DNA of 64,000 bases from an uncultured Gammaproteobacteria bacterium (GCA_963837045.1 CAWIMA010000009.1:1267-65266); one strand, 5' to 3'; counted from the stretch's first letter, positions 25,259 to 35,497 are shown. Notes: generated from the sequence alone by a model not told the origin. Numbers and translations are program-made.

Positions 25259-26407
25259 CTACTTCGCGGCGATAGAGGCTTTGCCGATAAAAGTGGTCGC
25301 CGCCGGGTCCGGATGCTTGCTGTTCAGTTTGATGTTCAGACGCAGCTCGTTCTGCGAGTCGGCGTTGAGGATCGCCTCCTCATAGGTAATGACGCCATTG
25401 TCATACAGCTCGAACAGCGACGAATCGAAGGTGCGCATGCCGAGTTCCCGCGACTTGCCCATGATCTCCTTCAACTCGTGAAATTCGCCCTTCAGAAGTT
25501 TGTCCGCGACGATCGGCGTATTGAGCAGAATTTCGATGGCGGCTATGCGTCCCTTTCCGTCCGCCGTGCGCACCAGGCGCTGCGAAATGATGGCTTTCAG
25601 ATTGCTGGACAAATCCATCAGCAATTGAGCGCGGCGTAGATCTGGGAAGAAATTGACGATGCGGTCGAGCGTCTGGCTGGCACTGTTGGAATGCAAAGTG
25701 CTCAGGCACAGGTGCCCGGTCTCGGCAAATGTGATCGCAAGCTCCATGGTTTCGGCGTCGCGGATTTCCCCGATCAGGATGACATCCGGAGCTTGGCGAA
25801 ATGTGTTTTTGAGCGCGCCGCGCCAGGTATGCGTGTCGATGCCGACGTCGCGATGCGTGACCAGCGACATCTGCGATTGATGCACGAATTCGACCGGATC
25901 TTCGACGGTGATGATGTGGCCCGCCGAGGAGCGGTTGCGGTGATTGATCATGGCCGCAAGCGATGTTGACTTGCCGCAGCCGGTGGCGCCGACCATGAGC
26001 ACCATGCCTCGTTTGGTCATCACAATGTCCTTGAATGTCTCGGGAAGTCCGAACTGTTCGATGGTCGGAATCTCCGTAGGAATCGATCTGATGACCATGC
26101 CGACGTTGTGCTGCTGTACGAACACATTGGCGCGGTAGCGCGCCACACTGGGTATCTCGATGGCGAAATTGCATTCGAGTTCCTTGGCAAACTCCTCGCG
26201 TTGACTCTCGTTCATGATCGAGTGCGCCAATTCCCGAGTAATTTCTGCGCTTAGCTTTTGTGTGGCAAGTGGGTGCATATTGCCCTGGGATTTCATGCTC
26301 GGCGGAAAATCCTTCGAAATGAAAAGATCCGAGCCGCCCGCCCGAGTCATCGCGGTGAGCAGCTTGGTCATATAATTCTTCGCTTGTTCTTCACTCAGCG
26401 TCGCCAT
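25259..26407 (-). CDS. pilU: Type IV pilus retraction ATPase PilU/PilT family
   Basis: From ATG 26407 (382 aa): GMVLMVGATGCGKSTSLAAM (Walker A), ITVEDPVEF, DVILIGEIRD, GHLCLSTLHSNSA. Confidence 0.85.
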   Translation of the reverse strand: MATLSEEQAKNYMTKLLTAMTRAGGSDLFISKDFPPSMKSQGNMHPLATQKLSAEITRELAHSIMNESQREEFAKELECNFAIEIPSVARYRANVFVQQHNVGMVIRSIPTEIPTIEQFGLPETFKDIVMTKRGMVLMVGATGCGKSTSLAAMINHRNRSSAGHIITVEDPVEFVHQSQMSLVTHRDVGIDTHTWRGALKNTFRQAPDVILIGEIRDAETMELAITFAETGHLCLSTLHSNSASQTLDRIVNFFPDLRRAQLLMDLSSNLKAIISQRLVRTADGKGRIAAIEILLNTPIVADKLLKGEFHELKEIMGKSRELGMRTFDSSLFELYDNGVITYEEAILNADSQNELRLNIKLNSKHPDPAATTFIGKASIAAK

Positions 26408-26624
26408 TTTCGCATCCTTAACATAAGCTGCCCGCCGCTGAATATATCCGCGCAGCTCTTGGCTGTCCGCGACAGAGTTAACAAGTCTCGGTGCGGCTGT
26501 AAGGCCCTGCTCGACGCCCGACAACGTACGTTGTCGGCATCCTTTTCATTGAGTCCGACCCAATTTCCGGCTTTTCCTCGCGTTCCAGAGTCAAGCCTCT
26601 CAATGGGGTCGCGACTCGATGGGC

Positions 26625-28103
26625 CTAGTCGGGCTGCGGTGCTGTTGCCGACTTGAGAGCTGCGGGCGCGATGGAGATCCGGGGCACCAGCAAGGCGAGA
26701 AGCACGGCGCCAAGCGACAGCACCAGCACGGCCCAAAAGGTCCGGTTTAATGCTTGTTCCAAGGCGGCCCGGATTAGGGCATCACCGGTTGTGAGATCGT
26801 GCCTGTCCAGCAGTTGACGGAGCTGATCGGACGTGACCGGTGCCATGCCCGAACGGCTCAGGCCAAGGTTGAACACCGCCCCCAGCAAGGTTGCGCCGAG
26901 TGTACTGCCCAAGTTTCGAGAGAACACATTCGACGCAGTGACGCTGCCGCGCTGTTTGAAATCGGCAATTTCTTGTACGAGCACGAGTGAGGGTAGGCTG
27001 ATCAGTCCCATGCCGAAACCCATCACGAGGGATCCCGTCGCGGCAAAGAGCGCTGACATATTCGGTGTTAGCGCGACAAAGAATCCAGCACCGAGCGGCT
27101 GGAGCAGCGTGCCGGTCAACAGCAGGCGCCGCAGCTCAAACCGGTGGAAGAGACGGGCCGCTATGGTTGCGCCGGCCGGCCATCCGATGAGCATAGTCGT
27201 CAGCGTGAGTCCCGCCGTGGTCGGGGAGCGTTGCATGACGATTTGCACATAGATTGGCAGGAAGGTTGTGAGACCAATGAGAGCCATGCCGGCCAGCACC
27301 CCAACGCCATTGGTCGCCGCGATGGATCGATGGCTCCATAGCTCGAACGATACGATCGGATCAGTAACGCGCCGCTCCAGCAACACAAAGACCACCGCCG
27401 CGATGCAGAAGAGTCCGGCCGCCGCCACAAGTCGCGTTGGTTGGTGGGCGCCGAGTTCGGTGAGCGCGATCAACAGAGACGTCACGGCAACCGTGAAAGA
27501 GGCAGCCCCGCCCACGTCGATAGAGCGACGCTCATGCTTCGAATGTTCCTTAAGGAACAAAACGAATCCAGCCGCGGCGGCGATGCCGACGGGAATATTG
27601 ATCCAAAAGATCCAGGCCCATGACACCGAGCGGATGATGAGTCCGCCGACTACGGGTCCGAGCACCGCGGCGATGGCCCAAACACTTGCAAGATACCCTT
27701 GCACCTTGCCGCGTTCGCGCGCCGGATATAGGTCGGCCACGATGGTCAACGCGACAGGCTGCATGGCTCCTGCGCCGACGCCTTGTATGAGGCGACAGCC
27801 AATCATGGCCGGCATCGACCACGCGAATCCTGCCAACAGCGATCCGAGCAGAAAAATCCCGATTCCCACGAGCATGACCGGCTTGCGGCCGTACACATCT
27901 GCGAGATTCCCGAACACCACTGTCATTGCCGTTTGCGCCAGAAGGAACGACGAGAACACCCAGCTGTAGAGGCGCAATCCACCCAGATCTGAGACGATCT
28001 GCGGCATCGCAGTGGAGACGATGGTCGCTTCAATGGCGATCATGGCCATTGTCGTCATTATCGAGGCAATGATGAGCGCGCGGGGATTTTTCAGGATCGA
28101 CAA
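26625..28103 (-). CDS. MFS transporter, DHA2 (EmrB/QacA-like, 14-TMS) family
   Basis: 492 aa, TTG start: MIAIEATIVSTAMPQIVSDLGG, GNLADVYGRKPV. Length and hydropathy fit the 14-TMS drug/H+ antiporters. Confidence 0.8.
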   Translation of the reverse strand: MSILKNPRALIIASIMTTMAMIAIEATIVSTAMPQIVSDLGGLRLYSWVFSSFLLAQTAMTVVFGNLADVYGRKPVMLVGIGIFLLGSLLAGFAWSMPAMIGCRLIQGVGAGAMQPVALTIVADLYPARERGKVQGYLASVWAIAAVLGPVVGGLIIRSVSWAWIFWINIPVGIAAAAGFVLFLKEHSKHERRSIDVGGAASFTVAVTSLLIALTELGAHQPTRLVAAAGLFCIAAVVFVLLERRVTDPIVSFELWSHRSIAATNGVGVLAGMALIGLTTFLPIYVQIVMQRSPTTAGLTLTTMLIGWPAGATIAARLFHRFELRRLLLTGTLLQPLGAGFFVALTPNMSALFAATGSLVMGFGMGLISLPSLVLVQEIADFKQRGSVTASNVFSRNLGSTLGATLLGAVFNLGLSRSGMAPVTSDQLRQLLDRHDLTTGDALIRAALEQALNRTFWAVLVLSLGAVLLALLVPRISIAPAALKSATAPQPD

Positions 28104-28194
28104 TTAAGCGGATCCAAGATGGCGATACACCTAATCTACCCCGCAGCCGCGGGTTAAGCTACCCGGGGCGCGCCGCTTGGGTACATTAGGATGA

Positions 28195-29007
28195 ATGCAT
28201 ATGGGCAATACGGCTCCGGGGGCGATTCGAATCGGCATCGGCGGTTGGAGCTACGAGCCCTGGCGTGGCACGTTCTACCCTGACCCACTTCCGCACAAAC
28301 GCGAGCTCGAATATGTCAGCCGCCAACTCACCTCGATCGAGATAAACGGAACTTATTACGGTTCGCAGAAACCTGCAAGCTTCGCCAAATGGCGCGATGA
28401 TACACCGGACGGTTTCGTCTTTTCCGTGAAGGCTCCGCGCTTTGTCATGAATCGCACAGTGCTTGCCGGCGCAGAGAGCACCATCACACGATTCTTCGCG
28501 AGCGGTGTCATGGAGCTAAAAGACAAGCTCGGTCCAATCAATTGGCAGTTCATGCCCACGAAGATATTTGATCCTGCCGACTTCACGGCATTCCTGAAGC
28601 TTCTGCCAAAAGAGGTGGCAGGCCGCGAGCTGCGACACGTCGTCGAGGTTCGACACGACAGCTTCCGCTCTCCCGATTTCGTCGCGTTGCTGCGCAAGTA
28701 TGGCGTTGCAGTCGTGGTCGCGGCTGATTCCGATTACCCGCAAATCGCCGATGCCACCGCCCCCTTCGTCTACGCCCGTATCATGGGAACACAGGCGAAG
28801 CACGAATTCGGTTATTCGAACGCCGCGCTAAATCTTTGGGCCGCGCGAGCGCGCGCCTGGGCCGCAGGCGCCGCTCCCGATGGACTCGACTACATCGAGC
28901 CGCCGCGCGCGTACGGCAAACCCCGCGACGTCTATTTATATGTGATAGGCGGCGACAAGGTGCGCAACCCGGCCACAGCGCAGTCCCTGATCCGGCGCCT
29001 CGGGTGA
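28195..29007 (+). CDS. DUF72 (YecE/UPF0759) family protein
   Basis: IRIGIGGWSYEPWRGTFYP..LEYVSRQLTSIEINGTYY..FVFSVKAPR. Confidence 0.8.
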   Translation: MHMGNTAPGAIRIGIGGWSYEPWRGTFYPDPLPHKRELEYVSRQLTSIEINGTYYGSQKPASFAKWRDDTPDGFVFSVKAPRFVMNRTVLAGAESTITRFFASGVMELKDKLGPINWQFMPTKIFDPADFTAFLKLLPKEVAGRELRHVVEVRHDSFRSPDFVALLRKYGVAVVVAADSDYPQIADATAPFVYARIMGTQAKHEFGYSNAALNLWAARARAWAAGAAPDGLDYIEPPRAYGKPRDVYLYVIGGDKVRNPATAQSLIRRLG

Positions 29008-29034
29008 CGCCCCTGCGATTGCCTCAACCGGCCG

Positions 29035-30438
29035 TTAATGCAGCGCCAGCGTGTCCCGTCGCCACGCAACGTCCTGCCATCGGCCGAAGTCCCGCAAGAT
29101 CTCGGGGCTGCCCGCCTGCCGCACCAAGGCGAGGTCATCGAGCCGCAGCTCCTCGAAGCTCCGCCGGAATCGCCCGCGATCCTTTACTTCTCTCGCGATG
29201 AGCAGGCGCCTGGTGCCCGGTGCGTAGCCCGCAAAATCCACGTAGCCTTCCTCGGGATTGTCGAGCCCGGGCGAGAGCACATCGATCGTCCAGCTTCCAG
29301 CGCTTTCATGAAATACCCAGAGCTCGCGCCAGCTCTCGAGTGGCTGCACCGCCAGCACCAATGCCGGACCTTGAGGGATGATCTGTATCGAGGCCATCCT
29401 CACCATCCCGTACGTACAGCGCCGTATGATTGCGGCCGCGCGCGGCCGGCGTGCATCCCCCAGGGCAACACACGTTTCGCCCGGATCTCCGGGCGCCGCG
29501 CTGAGAGTCAGTGGTCCCGGCTGCGGTGCGGCCAGCGCTCCGGCCCAGCGGATGGCACTGACCCGCAGCACGGCGTCCACGTATTCCAGCTGCCGGTCAT
29601 CACCCAGATCATCGGGATGCACGGCAATAAGCTCCGCGAGTGCATTCTCCGCCGCGGCGCCGGCGGGTTCGCGGCGGCGGTCTTGCTCATAGGCAAGCGA
29701 GGCCCAAACCCCAGCACGCCGCGCATGCAGGCGGCTTCGCATCATCGCGCTCAATTCGCCGTCTTTGATCTGCTCGAGTAGTTGGGAGCGTTCAGTGTCG
29801 ACCGATGCGCGCGGGACGGGGCCCAAATCCGGATCGATGCAATCGGGCCGCGTGAGGCCGAGGACTGCGCGCGCGCGCTCCTCCGGCTGCGCCCCGGGGA
29901 GAGTCAGAACGCGATGAAACAATTCGCCGTCGTAGCAGACTCGCATCCGACCGTTGCGCTCGAAACTGCGCATGTGAACGCCGAACTGTTCTACGACTTC
30001 CAAGTGTGGAGCGAGATCGGCGAGATGGTCCGCGCTGCCTGAGGCCTGATCGGCGAGCCGCTCGGCCATTTGGGCTATGGCGTCGAAGGGCTCGGCAGTA
30101 ATGGCTCGCGGCGGTACGGCCCTGAGATACGCCGCGCCGTAACTGATTCCGAGCGCCTCGGATCCCGGGCTCGCGCGCAGGAAGCGCAGCACGGCGAGAA
30201 GGTCGGGGGCAGCGGTCTCGGAGAGCTCGACCGGCCGGGCCGCGTCCCCTCGCAAGTATCCGCCCCGCTCGCGACGATAGTCGTAGACTTTCAGGTATCC
30301 GGCATGTTCGCCGCGGATCTCGAGCACATCACCTTGCCATAGCCGCGTGAGCTCGGTGGCGCTCGAGCGCGGCGCTGCGCGCAGCGCGGCGTGATCCTGG
30401 ACCACGATGGCGAGCGTCGCTGTGAGGGCGAGAATCAC
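29035..30438 (-). CDS. Hypothetical 467-aa protein (SH3b-like N-terminal segment), translationally coupled to the SPFH gene
   Basis: Long intact ORF with a GTGA overlap with the upstream gene. The N-terminus LWQGDVLEIRGEHAGYLKV resembles bacterial SH3. No catalytic family recognised. Confidence 0.55.
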   Translation of the reverse strand: MILALTATLAIVVQDHAALRAAPRSSATELTRLWQGDVLEIRGEHAGYLKVYDYRRERGGYLRGDAARPVELSETAAPDLLAVLRFLRASPGSEALGISYGAAYLRAVPPRAITAEPFDAIAQMAERLADQASGSADHLADLAPHLEVVEQFGVHMRSFERNGRMRVCYDGELFHRVLTLPGAQPEERARAVLGLTRPDCIDPDLGPVPRASVDTERSQLLEQIKDGELSAMMRSRLHARRAGVWASLAYEQDRRREPAGAAAENALAELIAVHPDDLGDDRQLEYVDAVLRVSAIRWAGALAAPQPGPLTLSAAPGDPGETCVALGDARRPRAAAIIRRCTYGMVRMASIQIIPQGPALVLAVQPLESWRELWVFHESAGSWTIDVLSPGLDNPEEGYVDFAGYAPGTRRLLIAREVKDRGRFRRSFEELRLDDLALVRQAGSPEILRDFGRWQDVAWRRDTLALH

Positions 30439-31718
30439 CGGGAGCCTCCCACCTGAGAGGTCAAGGTGGCTGCCGCGTCGCCGACGGGGCTCACCGGGCT
30501 CTGGTCGCCGCCGAGGAGGCTCGAGCCGATGAACTTACCCGCTGCAGGGAGCGGCGCGATGATGACCTGTACCTTATCGGACAGCTTGTCCGCCAGCGTC
30601 TTCTGGATCAGAAGCGGATACCGCGCCACCAGCGCGCCCTCGCGCTCCATCTGGCCGGCACTCGCCTTGCCCACGAGATCAAGTCGATAGGCCTCCGCAT
30701 CCGCGAGTTTTTGCCGCGAATCGGCTTCGCCCTTGGCCTCGATGCGGCGCGCCTCTGCGGCGCCCTCCGCGGTGCGAATACGCGCGACCTTTTCGGCTTC
30801 AGCCTCGAGCTGCCGTTGCTCGATCTGCTTCTGCTTGAAGGGCAGGATATGCTTCATGGTTTCCTCCTGCGCGCGCGCTGCGATGACTTGCTCTTGGCCG
30901 GCGGCTTCCGCGGCCGTTTGCCGCCGCACCTTGTCGGCCTCGGCCTCGAGCTGCTGCTGTTTGACCTGCGCCTCCTTGAGCTGCAGGGTGTAATGAATCT
31001 TCTCGGTCTCGAGTTCTTCGGAGAGGAGCGTCTCCATGCCGGCTCGATAGTCGGGAGGCAGATCGACCTTCCCCATATCGACATCGCGCAGGACGAGCCC
31101 CATGGCGGTGAATTTTGGCTTGAGCTCCGCGATGAGCTCCCGCTGTATTTCAGTCCGCCGTTGCGAGAAAATTTCCCGCACGGAGTATCGGGCAAAGGTG
31201 GGATAGGCGATTCCCTGAACGGCGGGCGCGACCAGATCCGCGCCGATGTCGTCCGGAAATTCCTTTGACATCTGGGCGAGGCGAGCACGGTCCACGGTCC
31301 AGCGAACCGCGAGATCGACGCCGATCGACAGACCCTCGACCGACTGGAAGGGGGCCGGGCCGGTGGCGCTCGCACTTTCGGTCGGCCGATACACCTGATC
31401 GCGAATCGAGTAGCGCCGCACCTGGTAGATTCCGGGCAGTACGAATATCGTGCCTGCGGTGTAGACGCTCACCGTTCCGTCGAGCGCGTTGGTGCGCGCC
31501 AGAACCTCGCCGCGGCGTACCGAATCAAATGGCGGATGGGTGCACAGACTGTAGATGATCAAAACCAGGACGGCGGTAATCACAGCGCGCCAACGAAAGC
31601 GCCAGAGGCCCGCGGTGAGGGGTAGGAGGGCTGCGACCGCTGGACCACCGAGCCGGCCCAGAGGCTCGATGAGCGCCCGTCGCACGAACTCGAACAAGGC
31701 ATCCAAGCGACCAGACAT
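30435..31718 (-). CDS. SPFH/Band-7 (prohibitin/HflK-like) membrane protein with long coiled-coil
   Basis: From ATG 31718: N-terminal TM, SPFH core (GLSIGVDLAVRWTVD, VREIFSQRRTEIQ), then an E/A/Q/K-rich coiled region. Confidence 0.8.
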   Translation of the reverse strand: MSGRLDALFEFVRRALIEPLGRLGGPAVAALLPLTAGLWRFRWRAVITAVLVLIIYSLCTHPPFDSVRRGEVLARTNALDGTVSVYTAGTIFVLPGIYQVRRYSIRDQVYRPTESASATGPAPFQSVEGLSIGVDLAVRWTVDRARLAQMSKEFPDDIGADLVAPAVQGIAYPTFARYSVREIFSQRRTEIQRELIAELKPKFTAMGLVLRDVDMGKVDLPPDYRAGMETLLSEELETEKIHYTLQLKEAQVKQQQLEAEADKVRRQTAAEAAGQEQVIAARAQEETMKHILPFKQKQIEQRQLEAEAEKVARIRTAEGAAEARRIEAKGEADSRQKLADAEAYRLDLVGKASAGQMEREGALVARYPLLIQKTLADKLSDKVQVIIAPLPAAGKFIGSSLLGGDQSPVSPVGDAAATLTSQVGGSR

Positions 31719-31875
31719 TTTTGCCACTCTCCCGTTGCAGAGCCGGACCGGCTCGACCGGAAGAGTTTCGCAATCCTTTGTGGCGAGGCCGTGGAGCAAC
31801 TGTGGCGGAGTGTGGCAGTGAGGAGCTCTCCGAAGGAATTTGCTCTACTTCAAGACCCGGCGTATAAGTCGCGTC

Positions 31876-32220
31876 ATGACCGAACACAAAATCTTTTGCG
31901 CGGTCGCCCGGCTCGATGACGATGCGGCGATGCACTCGCTTCTCGAACCCATTGGGGATGCGATGAACGTGCGGACGGTGCTGCGCATGGTGCGCACATC
32001 CATCCTGTGCCCCCTCTACGATGAGAAGATGCGGATTGCGAGATACATCGTGCTCGATATTGATAATCACGTCGTTGGGTGCCACTCCGTCACCGACATA
32101 TCCCGGCAACAGGCGAAAGAGATCACTGCCGGATGTGTCAGCGTGTCGCGCTGGAGCCCTGCAGCATTCGACGCGGTGGTTGAACGGGTTCTCGGCGGCG
32201 CAACGCAGCAAATGCACTAG
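31876..32220 (+). CDS. Hypothetical 114-aa protein
   Basis: The frame has strongly G/C-biased third positions and a normal composition. The overlapping antisense ORF 31525..32217 is Arg/Pro/His-rich. No family recognised. Confidence 0.4.
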   Translation: MTEHKIFCAVARLDDDAAMHSLLEPIGDAMNVRTVLRMVRTSILCPLYDEKMRIARYIVLDIDNHVVGCHSVTDISRQQAKEITAGCVSVSRWSPAAFDAVVERVLGGATQQMH

Positions 32221-32264
32221 AGACGTTTTCGCCGATCTTGTGCGTCGGCGCCCTGCCAGGTTCG

Positions 32265-32663
32265 CTACACAAACAGCAAAAATCCGCGGGAATCGTGTGT
32301 GACAGCAACACTGATTATGAAGCTGTAAACAATCAGGGCCGCAACAAAGCAGGCAAGTCGTATCGGCCGAGTTTTACCGAGTCGCAGCGCGAACAAGCCC
32401 AATGCGATGTACGCCAGCAGAAGTAGAACTTTCGTCGTCAACCAGGATTGAACGAATGGCCACTGATGGATGATGCTCGCCAACAACAAGGCGGCCGCGA
32501 GCAGGGTGGTATCGATTGCGTAGGACAGGCGGCGCAACATTGCGTGGTTCGCGTAGGCTGAGCCCGTTACCGCAAATACTGCCCGCAACGCAAACAGACC
32601 CCCGGACAAGACGACGCAGGAGACGTGTGCCCACTTGATCTGCGGATAGAGTTCGCCAATCAA
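32265..32663 (-). CDS. SirB2/YchQ-family inner-membrane protein
   Basis: ..IHQWPFVQSWLTTKVLLLLAYIALGLFALRLGKTRPIR.. is the SirB2 signature. Proposed TTG start at 32663, preceded by GGAGAA. The track ORF 32265..32939 runs on in frame into the nsrR stump. Confidence 0.7.
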   Translation of the reverse strand: MIGELYPQIKWAHVSCVVLSGGLFALRAVFAVTGSAYANHAMLRRLSYAIDTTLLAAALLLASIIHQWPFVQSWLTTKVLLLLAYIALGLFALRLGKTRPIRLACFVAALIVYSFIISVAVTHDSRGFLLFV

Positions 32664-32777
32664 GATCTTCTCCAACGGATGCGTCTGCCCGTCCTTGATG
32701 GTCGCACGCTGGTCCTGTTCATTTGCCAAAAATATCAACACGCGCAAAGCGTAATCGGTGAAGCGTGTGAGTTGCAT
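32664..32777 (-). pseudogene. Rrf2/NsrR N-terminal stump (about 29 codons)
   Basis: MQLTRFTDYALRVLIFLANEQDQRATIKD is near-identical to the N-termini of the intact nsrR genes at 49241 and 60108. The wHTH remainder and the Cys cluster are deleted. In frame with sirB2. Confidence 0.65.
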
Positions 32778-32812
32778 AGCGCCTACGTAGAACCCACATG
32801 AATCGGCTTCTA

Positions 32813-32835
32813 AAGATGTATATATAATACCCCTT
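32813..32835. promoter_or_regulatory. NsrR-like 11-1-11 box upstream of nnrS
   Basis: AAGATGTATAT-A-TAATACCCCTT versus the proteobacterial NsrR consensus AAGATGCATTT-n-AAATGCATCTT: 9/11 and 7/11 matches. Lies between the nsrR stump and nnrS. Confidence 0.5.
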
Positions 32836-32855
32836 ATGAAGCCGGCGAGATATGC

Positions 32856-34070
32856 ATGCTCCAGAAGAATATCCGAAGAGTACCCGCAGCGGATTCCATC
32901 ATGATGCCGAATGTCTTTGCCTATGGCTTTCGGCCTCATTTTCTCCTGGCGGGGCTGGCGGCGCTCATCCTGGTACCCCTGTGGGCTCTGAGCTTTGTCG
33001 CTGGCACGCCGCTCGGTTCAGGGTGGCCACCCACGTTGTGGCATGGCCATGAAATGCTCTTCGGCTTCATCACTTGTGCGATCGCGGGATTTTTGCTCAC
33101 GGCGGTGCCCAGTTGGACGGGTCAGAAAGGATACGCGGGCGCGCCGCTCGTGGCGTTGGCGCTCGTGTGGTTGACCGCTCGGATCATGATCTTGAGTTCC
33201 TCGTTGTGGCCGCCCGTTCTCACGGCAGCGGCCGACTTGGCGTTTTTGCCCTTGCTGGCCGTGCTCGTCGTGGTTCCCCTTGCGCGGCAACGAAATCGAA
33301 ACACGCCGCTTTTGCTCGTTCTCGGGTTGCTGTGGCTCACCAATTGCGCGTTTCACTTTGCGGTGATTCGTAGCAATCCGCCGCTGGCACGACACGCACT
33401 GATCCTCGGAATCGACATTGTATTGATCCTGGTGACGATCATCGGAGGTCGCATCGTACCGGCGTTCACGACGTCGGCCCTGCGGCAACGAGGCATCCAA
33501 GATGCAGTGAAATCGCGGCTTGTGCTGACCGTCATGGCGGTTGCGATCATGGTGTTGATCGCGGTGGGCGATGTGCTTTGGCCAGAAACGCGAATCGCGG
33601 GCATGCTCGCGGGTATTGCCGCCGTCGTCCAAGGCCTACGCCTGCTGCAGTGGAGATCGCTTCAGACGCTGCGCCAACCGATTGTTTGGATATTGCATTT
33701 GGCCTATGCGTGGCTGCCGGTAGGTCTCGCTCTCAAGGCGGCGGCGCTGTTGGGTGAATATGCGATCGGAGCCTTCTGGCTCCACGCGCTGACGATCGGA
33801 GCGCTTGCGACGATGATAACGGCCGTCATGACCCGCGCCTCGTTGGGGCACACCGGCCGCGCGTTGATTGTTCATCCACTGACTACAGTCGGCTATGTGA
33901 TGTTGACGGCGGCGGCACTCGTCAGGGTGTTCGGCCTGACGGCGCTTAGGCTGAGTTATCCGCAGGTCGTTATTCTGACCGCATCGTTTTGGACTGCGTC
34001 GTTTGCGCTTTTCGTCGGCGTGTATGCACCGATTCTTTGGGGACCGCGCGCAGACGGCAAGCCCGGATAG
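32856..34070 (+). CDS. nnrS: NnrS family haem-copper membrane protein (NO-stress response)
   Basis: FAYGFRPHFLLAG, WHGHEMLFGFITCAIAGFLLTAVPSWTG, about 12 TMS. Alternative start at ATG 32901. Confidence 0.88.
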   Translation: MLQKNIRRVPAADSIMMPNVFAYGFRPHFLLAGLAALILVPLWALSFVAGTPLGSGWPPTLWHGHEMLFGFITCAIAGFLLTAVPSWTGQKGYAGAPLVALALVWLTARIMILSSSLWPPVLTAAADLAFLPLLAVLVVVPLARQRNRNTPLLLVLGLLWLTNCAFHFAVIRSNPPLARHALILGIDIVLILVTIIGGRIVPAFTTSALRQRGIQDAVKSRLVLTVMAVAIMVLIAVGDVLWPETRIAGMLAGIAAVVQGLRLLQWRSLQTLRQPIVWILHLAYAWLPVGLALKAAALLGEYAIGAFWLHALTIGALATMITAVMTRASLGHTGRALIVHPLTTVGYVMLTAAALVRVFGLTALRLSYPQVVILTASFWTASFALFVGVYAPILWGPRADGKPG

Positions 34071-34090
34071 GCCTGCGGGAGTCGCAGTTG

Positions 34091-35497
34091 ATGATGATGG
34101 ATACGAACGCGCACTCGGCTAAGGGTCGGCTACTCACCGTCTGGACGCCCGAGGACAAGAGGTTCTGGGAAACCCAGGGCAACGCGATCGCCGACCAGAA
34201 CCTGTGGCTGTCAATTCCCGCGCTGTTCCTGGCCTTTGCGGTATGGATGGTGTGGAGCGCCGTGGTCACGCAGCTGCCCGCGGTTGGCTTCAAATACAGC
34301 ACCAATCAGCTCTTCTGGCTCACCGCTGTGCCGGCATTCGCCGGCGCCACATTGCGCATCTTCTACAGCTTTATGGTACCCATCGTCGGTGGCCGGCGCT
34401 GGACTGTCCTCTCAACACTGTCATTGCTGATTCCCTCGGTGGGCATTGGCCTGGCGGTGCAAAGCACGGCAACGCCCTATTGGGTAATGCTCCTGATGGC
34501 AGCTTTGTGCGGCCTGGGCGGCGGTAATTTCAGCTCGAGCATGGCCAATATCAGCTTCTTCTTCCCGATGGAGCGCAAGGGCTCGGCCCTGGGCCTGAAC
34601 GCCGGCCTCGGTAACCTTGGCGTGTCCTCGGTCCAGTTCATGGTGCCGCTCGTCATCTCGGCAGGCATTTTTGGCTGGTTCGGCGGCGAGCCGCAAAAGG
34701 TGCTGCTGCCGGGCGGCGCCACTAAAGAGCTCTGGCTGCAAAATGCTGCCTTCGTGTGGGTGGTACCCATCTTGGTGTCGGCGCTTCTCGCGTTCCTGAT
34801 GATGAATGACATCGCCGATGCCAGGGCGTCGTTCCGCGAACAAGCGGTGATCTTCCGGAACCGCCACACCTGGATCATGTGCTGGCTGTACCTCGGCACC
34901 TTCGGCTCTTTCATCGGCTTCTCGGCCGGCTTCCCGCTGTTGATCAAGAGTCAGTTCCCCGGCGTCAATCCGCTGGAGTTCGCCTGGATGGGGCCATTTG
35001 TCGGCGCGCTGATCCGGCCCGTCGGCGGCTGGCTCGCGGACAAGGTGGGTGGTGCCCGCGTGACCCTTTGGAACTTCATCGTGATGATCGCCGGGGTGTT
35101 CGGTGTCCTTCACTTTCTTCCGCTCGGCGGACAGGGTGGCAATCTCACGGGCTTCTTCGTGAGTTTCATGATTCTGTTCGTTACCTCAGGGATCGGTAAC
35201 GGCTCGACGTTCCGCATGATTCCGGTGATCTTCATGAGCGAGGCCCGGGACGCTGCACGCGGTGCCGACCCACAGGCCGTCGTCAAGAATGGCAACAAGC
35301 AGGCCGCCGCCGTGCTCGGCTTCAGCGCTGCCCTGGGCGCCTACGGCGGGTTTTTCATCCCGAAGAGCTACGGCACGTCGATCACTCTGACCGGCAGTCC
35401 GCACGCAGCGCTCTGGCTATTCATCGTCTTCTATGTCACGTGCATCGTGATCACCTGGTGGTTCTATGCCCGCCGCAACGCCCTCCGTACCTGCTGA
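34091..35497 (+). CDS. narK: Nitrate/nitrite transporter NarK (MFS NNP family)
   Basis: MMMDTNAH..; FWLTAVPAFAGATLRIFYSFMV, GLGGGNFSSSMANISFFFP, GLNAGLGNLG (nitrate signature motifs). Track ORF trimmed. Confidence 0.92.
   Translation: MMMDTNAHSAKGRLLTVWTPEDKRFWETQGNAIADQNLWLSIPALFLAFAVWMVWSAVVTQLPAVGFKYSTNQLFWLTAVPAFAGATLRIFYSFMVPIVGGRRWTVLSTLSLLIPSVGIGLAVQSTATPYWVMLLMAALCGLGGGNFSSSMANISFFFPMERKGSALGLNAGLGNLGVSSVQFMVPLVISAGIFGWFGGEPQKVLLPGGATKELWLQNAAFVWVVPILVSALLAFLMMNDIADARASFREQAVIFRNRHTWIMCWLYLGTFGSFIGFSAGFPLLIKSQFPGVNPLEFAWMGPFVGALIRPVGGWLADKVGGARVTLWNFIVMIAGVFGVLHFLPLGGQGGNLTGFFVSFMILFVTSGIGNGSTFRMIPVIFMSEARDAARGADPQAVVKNGNKQAAAVLGFSAALGAYGGFFIPKSYGTSITLTGSPHAALWLFIVFYVTCIVITWWFYARRNALRTC

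Noticed and set aside
31525-32217. 230-aa minus-strand ORF overlapping the SPFH start and the 31876..32220 ORF.
   Set aside because: It is His/Arg/Pro-rich with no motifs. The plus-strand frame has the expected GC3 bias, so it was preferred, though only at low confidence.
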